Origin: Atribacterota bacterium
Lineage (GTDB): Bacteria; Atribacterota; Phoenicimicrobiia; Phoenicimicrobiales; Stramentimicrobiaceae
Direction: 5' to 3'
Assembly (NCBI GenBank): GCA_028703475.1
Contig: JAQVMU010000001.1
Location: 44,436-108,435 of the forward strand
Length of the DNA: 64,000 nucleotides
The stretch's first letter is position 1. Each line of letters starts with the position of its first letter. Positions 29,211 through 39,132 of this stretch are shown here, piece by piece. Position numbers and translations under genes: made by a program. The notes beneath the pieces were generated by a model. That model was given only the letters and a program-made list of their open reading frames with translations, made no database searches and was not told where the DNA came from.

Positions 29211-31007
29211 ATGAAATTAGACAGTATTGCAATAGCTTCTGTTGTGTTTGAAACAAAAAAAAATATAATTCCGGCAAAAATTATCGAGTTATACCAGCCA
29301 AGCAAATATGAAATTCTATTTGTATTGAAATCTAAAAAAGGTATCGGGAGACTTTTTTTCTCAATCAGACCTGATAGGATGGCTTTTTTTAGAAGTGAAT
29401 CCCTGATACCGTCAGAAAATTTTACATCACTATTTTTCAATCATCTGCAAAACTGGTTACAGGGAGCAGATCTGTTAGACATTGAACACTATCAATTTGA
29501 TCGGATAATAAAACTAATTTTTCAGCCTTATATTAAATTCGGCACTACAAAAAATTATCAACTGATAATTGAGTTTATGGGCAAACACAGTAATGCTGTT
29601 CTGGTAGACGAACAATTAAATATTAAATCCGCCATAAAACAGGTTGGCTCAGAAGTAAACCGTTTTCGGGAGATTAAACCGGGTATTCCCTATGTTTATC
29701 CACCAAAACAGGATAAGCATAATCCCTTATCCATTAGCCAGGAAATGTTTTTAAACTTATTAAATGATGATATTAAAAATAATGATATTATATTTTTTTG
29801 GCAATTCCTGCAGCATAATTTTAGCGGATTAGGTAAAAAAAGCGCGAAAGAGATTGTGACTGCCATGGGCTTATCTTCTCAATATTATTTAAGAGAGTTT
29901 AGCCAGGGAGATTATGCCAGAATGTGGCAATTGTTTTCTGAGGTTGTCAATAAAATTGCTAATAATATAATGTTTCCTGCTGTAATTATTGATAAGAAAT
30001 CCAATAATATACTTGATTACTCCTTGCTTTCTCCTGTAACGAAAAAGGAGGATTCCATTGTTGTTAATTTTAAGGAAACATCTAATTGCCTTGAATTTGT
30101 ATTTAACAGGTTAACCGAACAGGATAAAAAGAAAGAATTATATCAAAATATTAATAAAATTTTAAACAAGAATATAAAAAAATTTGAGAAAATGAAAAAT
30201 ATTTTCCAAAAAAAGAAAAAGGATATAGAAAGCAGTGAAGAATACCGCAAAAAAGGTGAGTTAATAAAGGCAAATCTTTATCGTATTAAACCCGGCGTGA
30301 AGGAGGTTTCCCTTGTTGATTATATTGATAATGAAAAAGAAATAATTGTGAGTTTAAATCCGGATTTTAATCCTGTTCAAAATGCAGAATATTATTTCAA
30401 TAAATATAAAAAGTTGCAGCAAAATAGTAAAAATATAAAACAACAGGCTGAGGAAACAGAAAACGCTTTTCGCCAGTTAGAGGAAATAAGAAAAAAAACT
30501 GAGGAAAATAAAGATTCTCTGGAAATTCTTTCTGATATTTACAAAGAACTTTCCAAATCAGGATATATTAAAACTGAAAAAAGAAGAAATACAAAAAGAA
30601 AAAAGCCACAACCCAATATAAGTAAGTTCATTTCTCCAGATGGATGGACAATAATTGTTGGAAAAAATAATAAACAGAATGAATATCTTTTAAGATATTT
30701 ATCTTCCGGGAATGATTTCTGGCTGCATAATCTAACCAGCCCCGGGGGACATATAATTATAAAAAACCACAAAAATCTGGATAATCCTCCATTTCAAACT
30801 CTTCTTTTTGCAGCTCGCTTAGCAGGATATTACAGTAAAATTAAAGATAAAGAATATGCTATTATTATTTACACTCAGAGAAAATATGTTAAAAAACCCA
30901 AAAACTCCAAACCGGGAAAGGTAATTTATTCTAATGAAAAAACTCTGCAAATATTAATAAATCATGATGAGATTAAAAATGATATGCATAAAATGTGGAC
31001 TGGCTAA
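29211..31007 (+). CDS. rqcH: Ribosome-associated quality control protein RqcH (NFACT family; FbpA/YloA fibronectin-binding-like)
   Basis: About 600 aa. N-terminal NFACT-N-like region. Long K/E-rich coiled coil. C-terminal NFACT-R motif (DFWLHNLTSPGGHIIIKN). Sits next to the yloC-like block as yloA does in Bacillus. Confidence 0.7.
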   Translation: MKLDSIAIASVVFETKKNIIPAKIIELYQPSKYEILFVLKSKKGIGRLFFSIRPDRMAFFRSESLIPSENFTSLFFNHLQNWLQGADLLDIEHYQFDRIIKLIFQPYIKFGTTKNYQLIIEFMGKHSNAVLVDEQLNIKSAIKQVGSEVNRFREIKPGIPYVYPPKQDKHNPLSISQEMFLNLLNDDIKNNDIIFFWQFLQHNFSGLGKKSAKEIVTAMGLSSQYYLREFSQGDYARMWQLFSEVVNKIANNIMFPAVIIDKKSNNILDYSLLSPVTKKEDSIVVNFKETSNCLEFVFNRLTEQDKKKELYQNINKILNKNIKKFEKMKNIFQKKKKDIESSEEYRKKGELIKANLYRIKPGVKEVSLVDYIDNEKEIIVSLNPDFNPVQNAEYYFNKYKKLQQNSKNIKQQAEETENAFRQLEEIRKKTEENKDSLEILSDIYKELSKSGYIKTEKRRNTKRKKPQPNISKFISPDGWTIIVGKNNKQNEYLLRYLSSGNDFWLHNLTSPGGHIIIKNHKNLDNPPFQTLLFAARLAGYYSKIKDKEYAIIIYTQRKYVKKPKNSKPGKVIYSNEKTLQILINHDEIKNDMHKMWTG

Positions 31008-31011
31008 CATT

Positions 31012-31950
31012 CTAATCTCCATAAAGTATGGCCAGTTGTTTCTTTATATCATCAGGAAGGGCTGATGTAAAACTCATCGTTTGTCCAGTAGCAGGATGAG
31101 AAAATTGTAGATAATGGGAATGCAAAGCCTGTCTTTGAATTGAAATATAGTTATTCTTTTCTTTTCGGATGCCATACAGCTTATCTCCAACTACCGGGTG
31201 TCCAATAAATCTTAGATGTACTCTAATCTGATGAGTACGACCTGTATACAACCTGAGCAACAATAGTGTAAATGACTCAAAATACTTGATAACCTCAAAG
31301 TACGTTTTTGCTTCACGGCTGGCTATATTAGAAACACTCATTTTATTCCTGTGATTTTTATCTCTACCTATAGGTGCTTCAATATACCCTGCTTTATCTT
31401 TTAAAATACCGTACACAAGAGCAATGTATTTTTTTACAATACTTCTTTCCTTTATTTGCTTGGTCAAACTATGATGTGCCAGTTCTGTTTTAGCAATCAT
31501 CATTAATCCGGATGTTTCCTTATCCAATCGATGAACAATCCCGGGTCGGTTTACACCATTGATGCCCGGGAGGTTTCCCTGACAATGATACAATATTGCA
31601 TTAACAAGTGTACCAGTTCGAACTTTACCTGTTGGATGCACAATCATCCCTGCGGCTTTATCAATAACCATCATATGCTCATCCTCAAAATAGATATCAA
31701 GAGGTATGTTTTCCGGCTGCAGATTCAATTCTTTTTGCTCAGGAATATTTATAGAAATTCTATCTCCATTTTTTAAAATGTAACTGGCTTTTATTTTTTT
31801 ATCATTCACCAGAATATTTCCCTGAGTAATCAATTCCTTGATTCTATTTCTGGAAAAGCTACAATACTGGCCCTTTGCTAAATAAATATCAATTCTTATA
31901 TTTTCTTCATTTGTATAGATAATTTCTCTAGTTTTACTTTGTAACTCCAA
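31012..31950 (-). CDS. rluD: RluA-family 23S rRNA pseudouridine synthase (RluD-like) with N-terminal S4 domain
   Basis: Catalytic motif HRLDKETSGLMMIAKT. N-terminal S4-like region. Position downstream of lspA. Confidence 0.85.
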   Translation of the reverse strand: MELQSKTREIIYTNEENIRIDIYLAKGQYCSFSRNRIKELITQGNILVNDKKIKASYILKNGDRISINIPEQKELNLQPENIPLDIYFEDEHMMVIDKAAGMIVHPTGKVRTGTLVNAILYHCQGNLPGINGVNRPGIVHRLDKETSGLMMIAKTELAHHSLTKQIKERSIVKKYIALVYGILKDKAGYIEAPIGRDKNHRNKMSVSNIASREAKTYFEVIKYFESFTLLLLRLYTGRTHQIRVHLRFIGHPVVGDKLYGIRKEKNNYISIQRQALHSHYLQFSHPATGQTMSFTSALPDDIKKQLAILYGD

Positions 31951-31991
31951 AATTGATTACTTCCCTTTTTAAAAAAATCTTTAATAACTAA

Positions 31992-32498
31992 TCAATTATC
32001 ATCTTCATTTTCATTAATCTCTTCCTTTTGAAAAAGAAAATAAATAATCAGCATGAATAGACCTATATTAAGCGCTGAATCAGCAATATTAAAAATAGGC
32101 CATATTTGGAAATCCAGGAAATCGATAACACTTCCTACCCTGAGACGATCAATCATGTTACCCAGGGAACCACCTAAAATAAATATCAAAGAGAAGAAAA
32201 CCAGTTTGTTCTCTGGGGTTATCTTTTTTCTCAATAAGAATATTATCAGTAAAATAACCAATATGGTTACAACAACAAATACAGTATTTGGAAATCTAAG
32301 AATACCAAAAGCAGAGTTAGGATTTAAAATATAGGTTATATGGAATACTCCCTTTATAATCGGTATGGATTCCATTAAATTCATTTTTGTTTCAACCCAA
32401 ATTTTTGTTATCTGATCAAAAAGGGTAATCAGAAATATACCTGATAAAAAGTATATTGAAATACCCTTTTTAGCAACCTTTTTCTTTTTCCCTGCCAT
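31992..32498 (-). CDS. lspA: Lipoprotein signal peptidase II
   Basis: Four TM segments. Conserved NxGAAFS-like (NPNSAFGI) and FNIADS motifs. Confidence 0.85.
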   Translation of the reverse strand: MAGKKKKVAKKGISIYFLSGIFLITLFDQITKIWVETKMNLMESIPIIKGVFHITYILNPNSAFGILRFPNTVFVVVTILVILLIIFLLRKKITPENKLVFFSLIFILGGSLGNMIDRLRVGSVIDFLDFQIWPIFNIADSALNIGLFMLIIYFLFQKEEINENEDDN

Positions 32499-32510
32499 TA
32501 GTATATATCC

Positions 32511-35312
32511 TTATTTATCATATGTTAATACAGTAACACATTTATGGCAGATAGTCGGATATTCTTTGTTTTCTCCTACGCTTTCTGAATAACACCAGCA
32601 TCTTTCACATTTTTCTCCAGGGGCTTTCTTTACTGACACTGATAGTTCCGGAACTTCTTCCCCTTTTAAAATATTATCAGCAGATACTTCCTCTGATGCT
32701 TTGATTATCTCAACTTTTGAAACAATAAAAATAGTTTCCAGTTTATCCTTAAATTTGCCCAAATACTCGTATAATTCATTATTATCAGTGATCAAATCAA
32801 CCTGTGCCTGTAGAGCATTACCAATAAGCCCTTCTTTTCTGGAAATCTCCAATGCCCTTAGAACATCCTTTCTTACTGCCAACAATTTGCTCCACTCTTC
32901 CTCCATCTGTGTTTGAACCATATGTTTGTCTACTTCCGGCCATGATGAGAGGAAAACACTTCCTTCTTTTTTATTTTCTTTATTTAAATTCTGCCATATT
33001 TCTTCTGCAGTAAAGCTTAATACCGGAGCAATCAAGCGAGTTAATTCATTGACAATTTTATAAAGAACTGTTTGAGCTGATCTTCTTGAAATAGAATCAG
33101 CATTGAGTACATATAATCTATCCTTAATTATATCAAGATAAAAAGAACTCAAATTAAGAGTACAGAAATTATGTATATCATGATATAGAGAATGAAATTC
33201 ATAATTATCATAATTCTCAGTAGTATGTTTAACCAGTTGCTGGAATTGACTTAATATAATCTTATCAATATCTTCCATTTTTTCATATGGAATACTATTC
33301 TTTTCCGAATCAAAATCATTTAAATTGCCCAGGATAAAGCGGGTAGTATTTCTTATTTTACGATATATTTCTACCAGTTGTTTTAATATCTTTTTAGATA
33401 TTCTGACATCTCTCCGATAATCAGAGGATGCTACCCATAATCTCAAAATATCTGCACCATATTCATCAATTACCTGTTGAGGAGGAATTACATTACCGAT
33501 AGATTTAGACATTTTTCTTCCCTCTTCATCCACAATAAATCCATGAGTTAAGACTGATTTATACGGAGCTCTGTCAAAACTCGCTACCGATGTCAAAAGA
33601 GAAGTCTGGAACCATCCGCGATGCTGATCTGTACCTTCTAAATATAACTCACAAGGCCAGTGCAAGTCTTTTCTGGTTTGTAATACAGCTGCATGACTGC
33701 ATCCTGAGTCAAACCAGACATCCATAATATCAGTTTCCTTTTCAAACTTATCACCATTACAGTGAGGACATTCGAATCCTTTTGGGAGAATCTCGTCTGC
33801 ATTCATGGCAAACCATGAATTTGAACCTTTTTCTCTAAACAATTCTTTGACAATATCAATTGTTTGTGGTGTTATTACTATTTTTTTACAGTTACTGCAA
33901 TAAAAGGCAGGGATAGGAACTCCCCATACCCTTTGACGTGATATACACCAATCAGTCCTTTCTTCTACCATACTGTATATTTTTTCTTTACCCCAGCGTG
34001 GAATCCATGTTACTTCATCAATAGCCTTTAATGACTTTTCTCTGAATTTATCCACCGAAACAAACCATTGCTCTGTTGCTCTGAATAAAATTGGTTTTTT
34101 ACATCTCCAGCAATGAGGATATGAATGTTTAATTTTGCCACTTACTAAGAGTTTTCCATTTTCTTTTAGGGATTCAATAACCTTCTTATTACCTTTTTGA
34201 TAATCCAAACCATTAAAAGGTCCAGAATTTTCATTTAGTCGCCCCTTGCTGTCAAGGACTGAGATAATCGGCAGACCATATTTAATACTAACTTCATAGT
34301 CTTCCTGTCCATGACCGGGAGCAGTATGAATACAACCTGTACCTTCTTCCAATGATACATGGGATCCTAAAATAATAAGAGAATCTCTGTCTAATATCGG
34401 ATGCTTTGCTTTTATTCTTTCAAAGGCCTTGCCTTCTTGTTCACCTAAAACCTGATAAGAATCAATCCCAACCTTTTTCATTACCTCTTCTACTAATTTT
34501 GATGCTATAATCAAATTTCCCTGATTAGTCTTCACCAGGCTATATTTAAAATCCGGGTGAAGTGTGATGGCCAAATTAGCAGGTATTGTCCAGGGTGTAG
34601 TCGTCCATATTACTATATATACCTCACCAGGTTCTACCCTGGGAAAAATTGAGCTTATATCATCTTCTATCTTAAATTTAACATAAATTGAGTCACTCTC
34701 TTCGTCACTATATTCAATTTCTGCTGCAGCCAATGCAGTTTCACAGGAAGGACACCAATAGACCGGCTTTAAACCTTTATATATATATCCGCGCTCATAC
34801 ATTCTCCCAAATATTTCAATTTGTTTTTCTTCATATTCAGGCAAAAATGTCAGGTAAGGATTTTCCCAATCAGCAATAACTCCCAGTCTTTTAAATTCAT
34901 CCATTTGAATATTAATATATTCTTTTGCATATTTCTGGCATTCTTCTCTTAATTTAACCGGGTCGATGTCATGCAGGGTGACATTTAAGTTCTTGCTTAC
35001 CCTGTGCTCAATAGGCATTCCATGAGTATCCCATCCAGGTACATAATATGCATTATATCCTTTCATCCACCGGTACTTAGGAATTATATCTTTCAGAATC
35101 TTATTATATGCTGTACCTATGTGAATATTCCCGTTAGCATAAGGAGGACCGTCATGCAGGATAAACTTTTCGTTATCTCTGTGTTTTTCCAATAATTTCT
35201 TATCTAATTCCATGCTATACCAGAAATCCAACATTTTTGGTTCTTCTTTTGGTAAATTAGCTTTCATGGAAAAATCTGTTTTTGGTAAGTTTAGTGTTTC
35301 TTTAAAATCCAT
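32511..35312 (-). CDS. ileS: Isoleucine-tRNA ligase
   Basis: HIGH (NGNIHIGT) and KMSKS motifs. 933 aa. C-terminal zinc-binding Cys cluster. Preceded by a T-box leader. Confidence 0.95.
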   Translation of the reverse strand: MDFKETLNLPKTDFSMKANLPKEEPKMLDFWYSMELDKKLLEKHRDNEKFILHDGPPYANGNIHIGTAYNKILKDIIPKYRWMKGYNAYYVPGWDTHGMPIEHRVSKNLNVTLHDIDPVKLREECQKYAKEYINIQMDEFKRLGVIADWENPYLTFLPEYEEKQIEIFGRMYERGYIYKGLKPVYWCPSCETALAAAEIEYSDEESDSIYVKFKIEDDISSIFPRVEPGEVYIVIWTTTPWTIPANLAITLHPDFKYSLVKTNQGNLIIASKLVEEVMKKVGIDSYQVLGEQEGKAFERIKAKHPILDRDSLIILGSHVSLEEGTGCIHTAPGHGQEDYEVSIKYGLPIISVLDSKGRLNENSGPFNGLDYQKGNKKVIESLKENGKLLVSGKIKHSYPHCWRCKKPILFRATEQWFVSVDKFREKSLKAIDEVTWIPRWGKEKIYSMVEERTDWCISRQRVWGVPIPAFYCSNCKKIVITPQTIDIVKELFREKGSNSWFAMNADEILPKGFECPHCNGDKFEKETDIMDVWFDSGCSHAAVLQTRKDLHWPCELYLEGTDQHRGWFQTSLLTSVASFDRAPYKSVLTHGFIVDEEGRKMSKSIGNVIPPQQVIDEYGADILRLWVASSDYRRDVRISKKILKQLVEIYRKIRNTTRFILGNLNDFDSEKNSIPYEKMEDIDKIILSQFQQLVKHTTENYDNYEFHSLYHDIHNFCTLNLSSFYLDIIKDRLYVLNADSISRRSAQTVLYKIVNELTRLIAPVLSFTAEEIWQNLNKENKKEGSVFLSSWPEVDKHMVQTQMEEEWSKLLAVRKDVLRALEISRKEGLIGNALQAQVDLITDNNELYEYLGKFKDKLETIFIVSKVEIIKASEEVSADNILKGEEVPELSVSVKKAPGEKCERCWCYSESVGENKEYPTICHKCVTVLTYDK

Positions 35313-35339
35313 AATATACTCCCTTATATTCTAAATATA

Positions 35340-35625
35340 TAAAAACAAAAGCCTCTTGCCTTCAAAAGGGCAAGAGGCTATAATTTCCTGCGGTACCACC
35401 TTATTACACGTTGTTCTATTAATTATTTATAACAAGAACAACCTTTATGAAAGATATGTTATTACATTCTTCCATCATTCAGCTTTATCGAGACAACCGT
35501 TTTGGCTTATTATATATATTTCAGCCAAAATCTCAAGAGGTGATTTTCAGAATTATTAACTTTCTTACTCTTCCCCTTGCTTATTTTTAAAATAATTATT
35601 TCTCATTATTGTGATAAAAAATAGT
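35340..35625 (-). promoter_or_regulatory. T-box riboswitch leader for ileS: promoter, stem I with candidate AUC (Ile) specifier, T-box antiterminator sequence, and intrinsic terminator
   Basis: Minus-strand AAGGTGGTACCGCAGGAAATTATAGC matches the conserved T-box sequence (plus 35377-35402). It overlaps the left arm of the terminator hairpin GCCTCTTGCC/GGCAAGAGGC (plus 35351-35378), which is followed by a U-run. AUC-A lies at 35542-35544 on the minus strand. A promoter-like TTGACT-17-TACTAT lies upstream near 35630-35660. Confidence 0.75.
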
Positions 35626-35683
35626 ATCACTTTTTTTATAAAGAGTCAATTAAAGGACACAAAATATTTTCAGATTAAAGATT

Positions 35684-36319
35684 TTAAAAATCCTTATCAT
35701 TCTGTATATCATCAAATTCCTTCTGGTTATTTTTTTTATTATTTGAGTAAAATTTCATTTTAATATCTTCTATTGCTTTATCCCGGATATCTTCCGACTC
35801 CCCTTGATCTACCTGCTTCACTTGCTCTTCCGGTTTGTGTTGCTCTTTAAGATTTTCTTGTTCTTCCGGTTCTTCAATAATCTCTTCATCTAACATCCTG
35901 ATATGAATTTTTAGTGTATTTTTTAATTTTTCTAAAATCAGGTATTTTCTTTTCTTTAATTCTACTATCTCATTATTGATATCATAGATTTCCTGTTTTG
36001 CCTGCTGCTTAATCCTCTCAGCCTCAATTTTGGCATTTTCTAATACGACCTGTGCTTCTTTTTGTACATTTTCTTTAATATTAGAAGCACTCTTCTGAGC
36101 ATTAATCAAGGCACTTCTAAGAGTTTCGTCCATTTTTGAATATTCTTCAACCCTTGATTTAAATCGTTCAACTTCTTCTTTGAGCTTTATATTTTCATTA
36201 AGCACTTCCTCGTAATCTTTAGCAATACGATCCAGGAAATCATCGACTTCTTCCTCATTATATCCTCTGAAGGATCTATTAAACTGTTGCTGTTCAATAT
36301 CCATCGGGGTAATCTTCAT
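35684..36319 (-). CDS. divIVA: Cell-division protein DivIVA
   Basis: N-terminal DivIVA domain MKITPMDIEQQQFNRSFRGYNEEEVDDFLD followed by coiled coil. Synteny with yggT and ileS. Confidence 0.85.
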   Translation of the reverse strand: MKITPMDIEQQQFNRSFRGYNEEEVDDFLDRIAKDYEEVLNENIKLKEEVERFKSRVEEYSKMDETLRSALINAQKSASNIKENVQKEAQVVLENAKIEAERIKQQAKQEIYDINNEIVELKKRKYLILEKLKNTLKIHIRMLDEEIIEEPEEQENLKEQHKPEEQVKQVDQGESEDIRDKAIEDIKMKFYSNNKKNNQKEFDDIQNDKDF

Positions 36320-36376
36320 TAATCGCCCTCCTTCTATTGGCTGTCTTTTTTAGCCATATGAATGTAATTCCTAAAA

Positions 36377-36646
36377 TTAATAATATATATTAACAATTAA
36401 TCTTATCAATGATGTTCTTAACAGGTTTAGTAAAAAATATACAATAATCGGGGACAAATCAATCCCCATCCCCCCCAAAGGAATGATTACCCTGAAAGGA
36501 GCTAATATCGGCTCAGTAGCCTGATATATCAGTTTAATAATAGGATTAGACCTATCAACCGGTAACCATGATAAAAATATTCTGGCTAATATAATATAAC
36601 TGTAAATCCTGAAAACTATATTAATAATATTTATTAAAAAATACAT
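36377..36646 (-). CDS. yggT: YggT family membrane protein (YlmG-like)
   Basis: 89 aa, two TM segments. YggT-like sequence (ARIFLSW...EPILAPFR) upstream of divIVA. Confidence 0.75.
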   Translation of the reverse strand: MYFLINIINIVFRIYSYIILARIFLSWLPVDRSNPIIKLIYQATEPILAPFRVIIPLGGMGIDLSPIIVYFLLNLLRTSLIRLIVNIYY

Positions 36647-36654
36647 AGATATCC

Positions 36655-37359
36655 TTAACTATCCCCTCTCATTTGTCCAAACTTTTCTTTTATTCTTTCC
36701 CCATCAACAATGTACACTACCCTCTCGGCGAGATTTCCGGCATGGTCTCCTATTCTTTCCAGATTATCAGAGATAAAAATCAAATGTATTGCCCGGCTGA
36801 TTGTATGGGGATCTTCTAACATAAATGTTAACAGTTCGCGAAGTATCTGTTGATTTATCTGATCAACCAGCTTGTCTTTTTCCCAAACCGCTTTAGCTAA
36901 TTCTACATTCCCGCTAAGATATGCTTCAAGACTATCCTTGAGCATTTCTTTTGTTAAATCTGCCATCCTGGGAATATCCACTAATGGCTTTACCATGGGC
37001 TTAGATGATAAATACTGGCTAGCTCCGGCAATATTAGCCGCCCTATCCCCAACTCTCTCTAAATCAGATATGGCTTTCATGGCACTTGTTATAACTCTTA
37101 GTTTTTTAGATACCGGGTGTTTTAATGCTATTAATTGCAGGCACTGTTCTTCAATATCCAATTCCATTCGATCTACTATTTCATCACCGTCAATTACCTG
37201 TTGTGCCATCTCCCAGTCTTTATTAACCAAAGACTGTACAGCCTTTTCCAGGGAAATTCTAACCATTTTTGACATTTTAATCAAGTTATCCCTTAAATCT
37301 GCCAGCTCATTATTAAAAATAGCTATTAATTCCTTATCTTCTTTGCTTTTTTGACTCAT
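36655..37359 (-). CDS. phoU: PhoU-family protein (two PhoU repeats)
   Basis: Two copies of the PhoU metal-binding motif (ERVGDRAANIA and ERIGDHAGNLAE). About 230 aa. Confidence 0.8.
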   Translation of the reverse strand: MSQKSKEDKELIAIFNNELADLRDNLIKMSKMVRISLEKAVQSLVNKDWEMAQQVIDGDEIVDRMELDIEEQCLQLIALKHPVSKKLRVITSAMKAISDLERVGDRAANIAGASQYLSSKPMVKPLVDIPRMADLTKEMLKDSLEAYLSGNVELAKAVWEKDKLVDQINQQILRELLTFMLEDPHTISRAIHLIFISDNLERIGDHAGNLAERVVYIVDGERIKEKFGQMRGDS

Positions 37360-37531
37360 ATTGCTTTATTCCTAAAATAAATTAAACATATTAACTTGCA
37401 TATAATATAACAAAAAAGGTTCATTTTTTCAATTAAATTATAATAACTGAAACCAATGACTGAATCACATTAATAAACATTAATAGAATATCATAATGCT
37501 TTAAGCCAGGGTTTTAAAGTTTGGGCCTTTT

Positions 37532-38302
37532 TTATTTGATTCTTTCAAAACCAGGTTTACTCAGGTTTTTGCCTCTTATGGCACTTCCACCAAGATATGC
37601 TTCCTGTATTTTCTTATCATCCTTTAATTTTGAAGACAAACCGCTTATACTTATCCTGCCTGTTTCCAGTACATATGCCCGATTAGCAACAGCTAAGGCC
37701 TTTCTGGCATTTTGTTCAACTAATAAAATTGCAACACCCTGTTCATTGATTTCCTTAATTATTTTAAAGATTTGTTTTACCAATAATGGTGCAAGCCCTA
37801 ACGATGGTTCATCCAATAGCAATAATTCCGGGTCACTCATTAATCCTCTGCCAATAGCAAGCATCTGCTGTTCACCACCTGACAATGTACCAGCTAACTG
37901 TTTTTTTCTATTTTTTAAAATTGGGAATAAATCATAAACACGTTCTTTTCTTTCTAAAACAATTTTTTTATCACTTCTACGGTTAAAAGCACCTAAATTT
38001 AGATTTTCCTCAACGGTCAATGTAGCAAAAACATGCCTTCCTTCAGGAACATGGGAAATACCATCAATTACAATTTTGTATGCTTCTCTTTTTTTTAAAG
38101 AATTTTCCTGAAACAATATATCACCATCATGTACAGGAACCAGTCCGGAAATAGCTCTAAGCAATGTACTTTTACCTGCACCGTTTGCACCTAAAACGCT
38201 AACAATTTCGCCTCTTGAAACATCCAGAGAAATTCCTTTTAATGCCTTTACTGCATCATAATAGATATGAAGGTCTGTTATTCTTAATAATGATTTTACC
38301 AA
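37532..38302 (-). CDS. livF: Branched-chain amino-acid ABC transporter ATP-binding protein LivF
   Basis: Walker A GANGAGKST. Strong end-to-end similarity to E. coli LivF (EGR-VF--LTVEENL, SGGEQQMLAIGRGLM, LLLLDEPSLGLAP, EAYLGG). Confidence 0.85.
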   Translation of the reverse strand: MVKSLLRITDLHIYYDAVKALKGISLDVSRGEIVSVLGANGAGKSTLLRAISGLVPVHDGDILFQENSLKKREAYKIVIDGISHVPEGRHVFATLTVEENLNLGAFNRRSDKKIVLERKERVYDLFPILKNRKKQLAGTLSGGEQQMLAIGRGLMSDPELLLLDEPSLGLAPLLVKQIFKIIKEINEQGVAILLVEQNARKALAVANRAYVLETGRISISGLSSKLKDDKKIQEAYLGGSAIRGKNLSKPGFERIK

Positions 38303-38304
38303 AA

Positions 38305-39132
38305 CTACAAATAATCCTCCTCTTCTTCTTTTCCTAAGTAAGCTTCAATAACAACGGGATTATTATACACTTCTTCTGGTTTTCCCTCAGCAATTTTTTT
38401 CCCTTCATCCATTACCGTTACCCAGTCGGAAATTCCCATTACAACATTCATATCATGCTCGATAAGTAGTATTGTTAAATCTTCTTTTTTTAATTTATTG
38501 AGAAAAAACATCAAATCTTCAGATTCTTTATCATTTAAACCACTGCTGGGTTCATCAAGTATCAATAAATCAGGGTTGCTAGCTAAAGCCCTGGCAATTT
38601 CTAACATCCTTTGATTACCATATGCTATATTTTTTGCCAGTTCAAATTTACAAGAACTAAGCCCTATTTGTTCCAGCTTGCTCTCTGCAACTTCCTGTAT
38701 CCTTTTTTCTTCTTTTATTTGTGACGGTAACCGAAATACAGAAGGCCATAATCCTGATTTACTGCGTGCATGCTGTCCGGACATTACATTTTCGAGACAA
38801 GTCATATCTTTAAATAAGCGAATATTCTGAAAAGTTCTGGCCATTCCTTTTGCAAGTATTTGATGTGGTTTTAATTTAAATAATCTTTCATCTTTAAAAT
38901 AGTATTCTCCACTATCGGCTTGATAAATTCCAGTAATTACATTAAAAACAGTAGTTTTACCGGCACCATTTGGACCAATTATACTGCTTATATTTCCCTT
39001 CCTGACTTTTAAATCAAGCTGATTAACAGCAATTAATCCACCGAACTGCTTGGTTAATTTTTTAGTCTCCAGTATAATTTCTGTATTGGCAGTTTGCAGA
39101 TTTTTTTCTTCTTTAGTATATTTTTCAGTCAT
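38305..39132 (-). CDS. livG: Branched-chain amino-acid ABC transporter ATP-binding protein LivG
   Basis: Walker A GPNGAGKTT, signature SYGNQRMLEIARAL, Walker B LLILDEP. The typical LivG C-terminal extension is present. Confidence 0.85.
   Translation of the reverse strand: MTEKYTKEEKNLQTANTEIILETKKLTKQFGGLIAVNQLDLKVRKGNISSIIGPNGAGKTTVFNVITGIYQADSGEYYFKDERLFKLKPHQILAKGMARTFQNIRLFKDMTCLENVMSGQHARSKSGLWPSVFRLPSQIKEEKRIQEVAESKLEQIGLSSCKFELAKNIAYGNQRMLEIARALASNPDLLILDEPSSGLNDKESEDLMFFLNKLKKEDLTILLIEHDMNVVMGISDWVTVMDEGKKIAEGKPEEVYNNPVVIEAYLGKEEEEDYL

Noticed and set aside
29204-29440. 78-aa minus-strand ORF
   Set aside because: It overlaps the start of rqcH and the divergent promoter region. It is hydrophobic low-complexity with no RBS.
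36872-37354. 160-aa plus-strand ORF
   Set aside because: It is entirely antisense to the well-supported PhoU gene. Its composition is low-complexity S/L-rich, typical of a shadow ORF.
37521-37937. 138-aa plus-strand ORF
   Set aside because: Antisense shadow ORF within livF.
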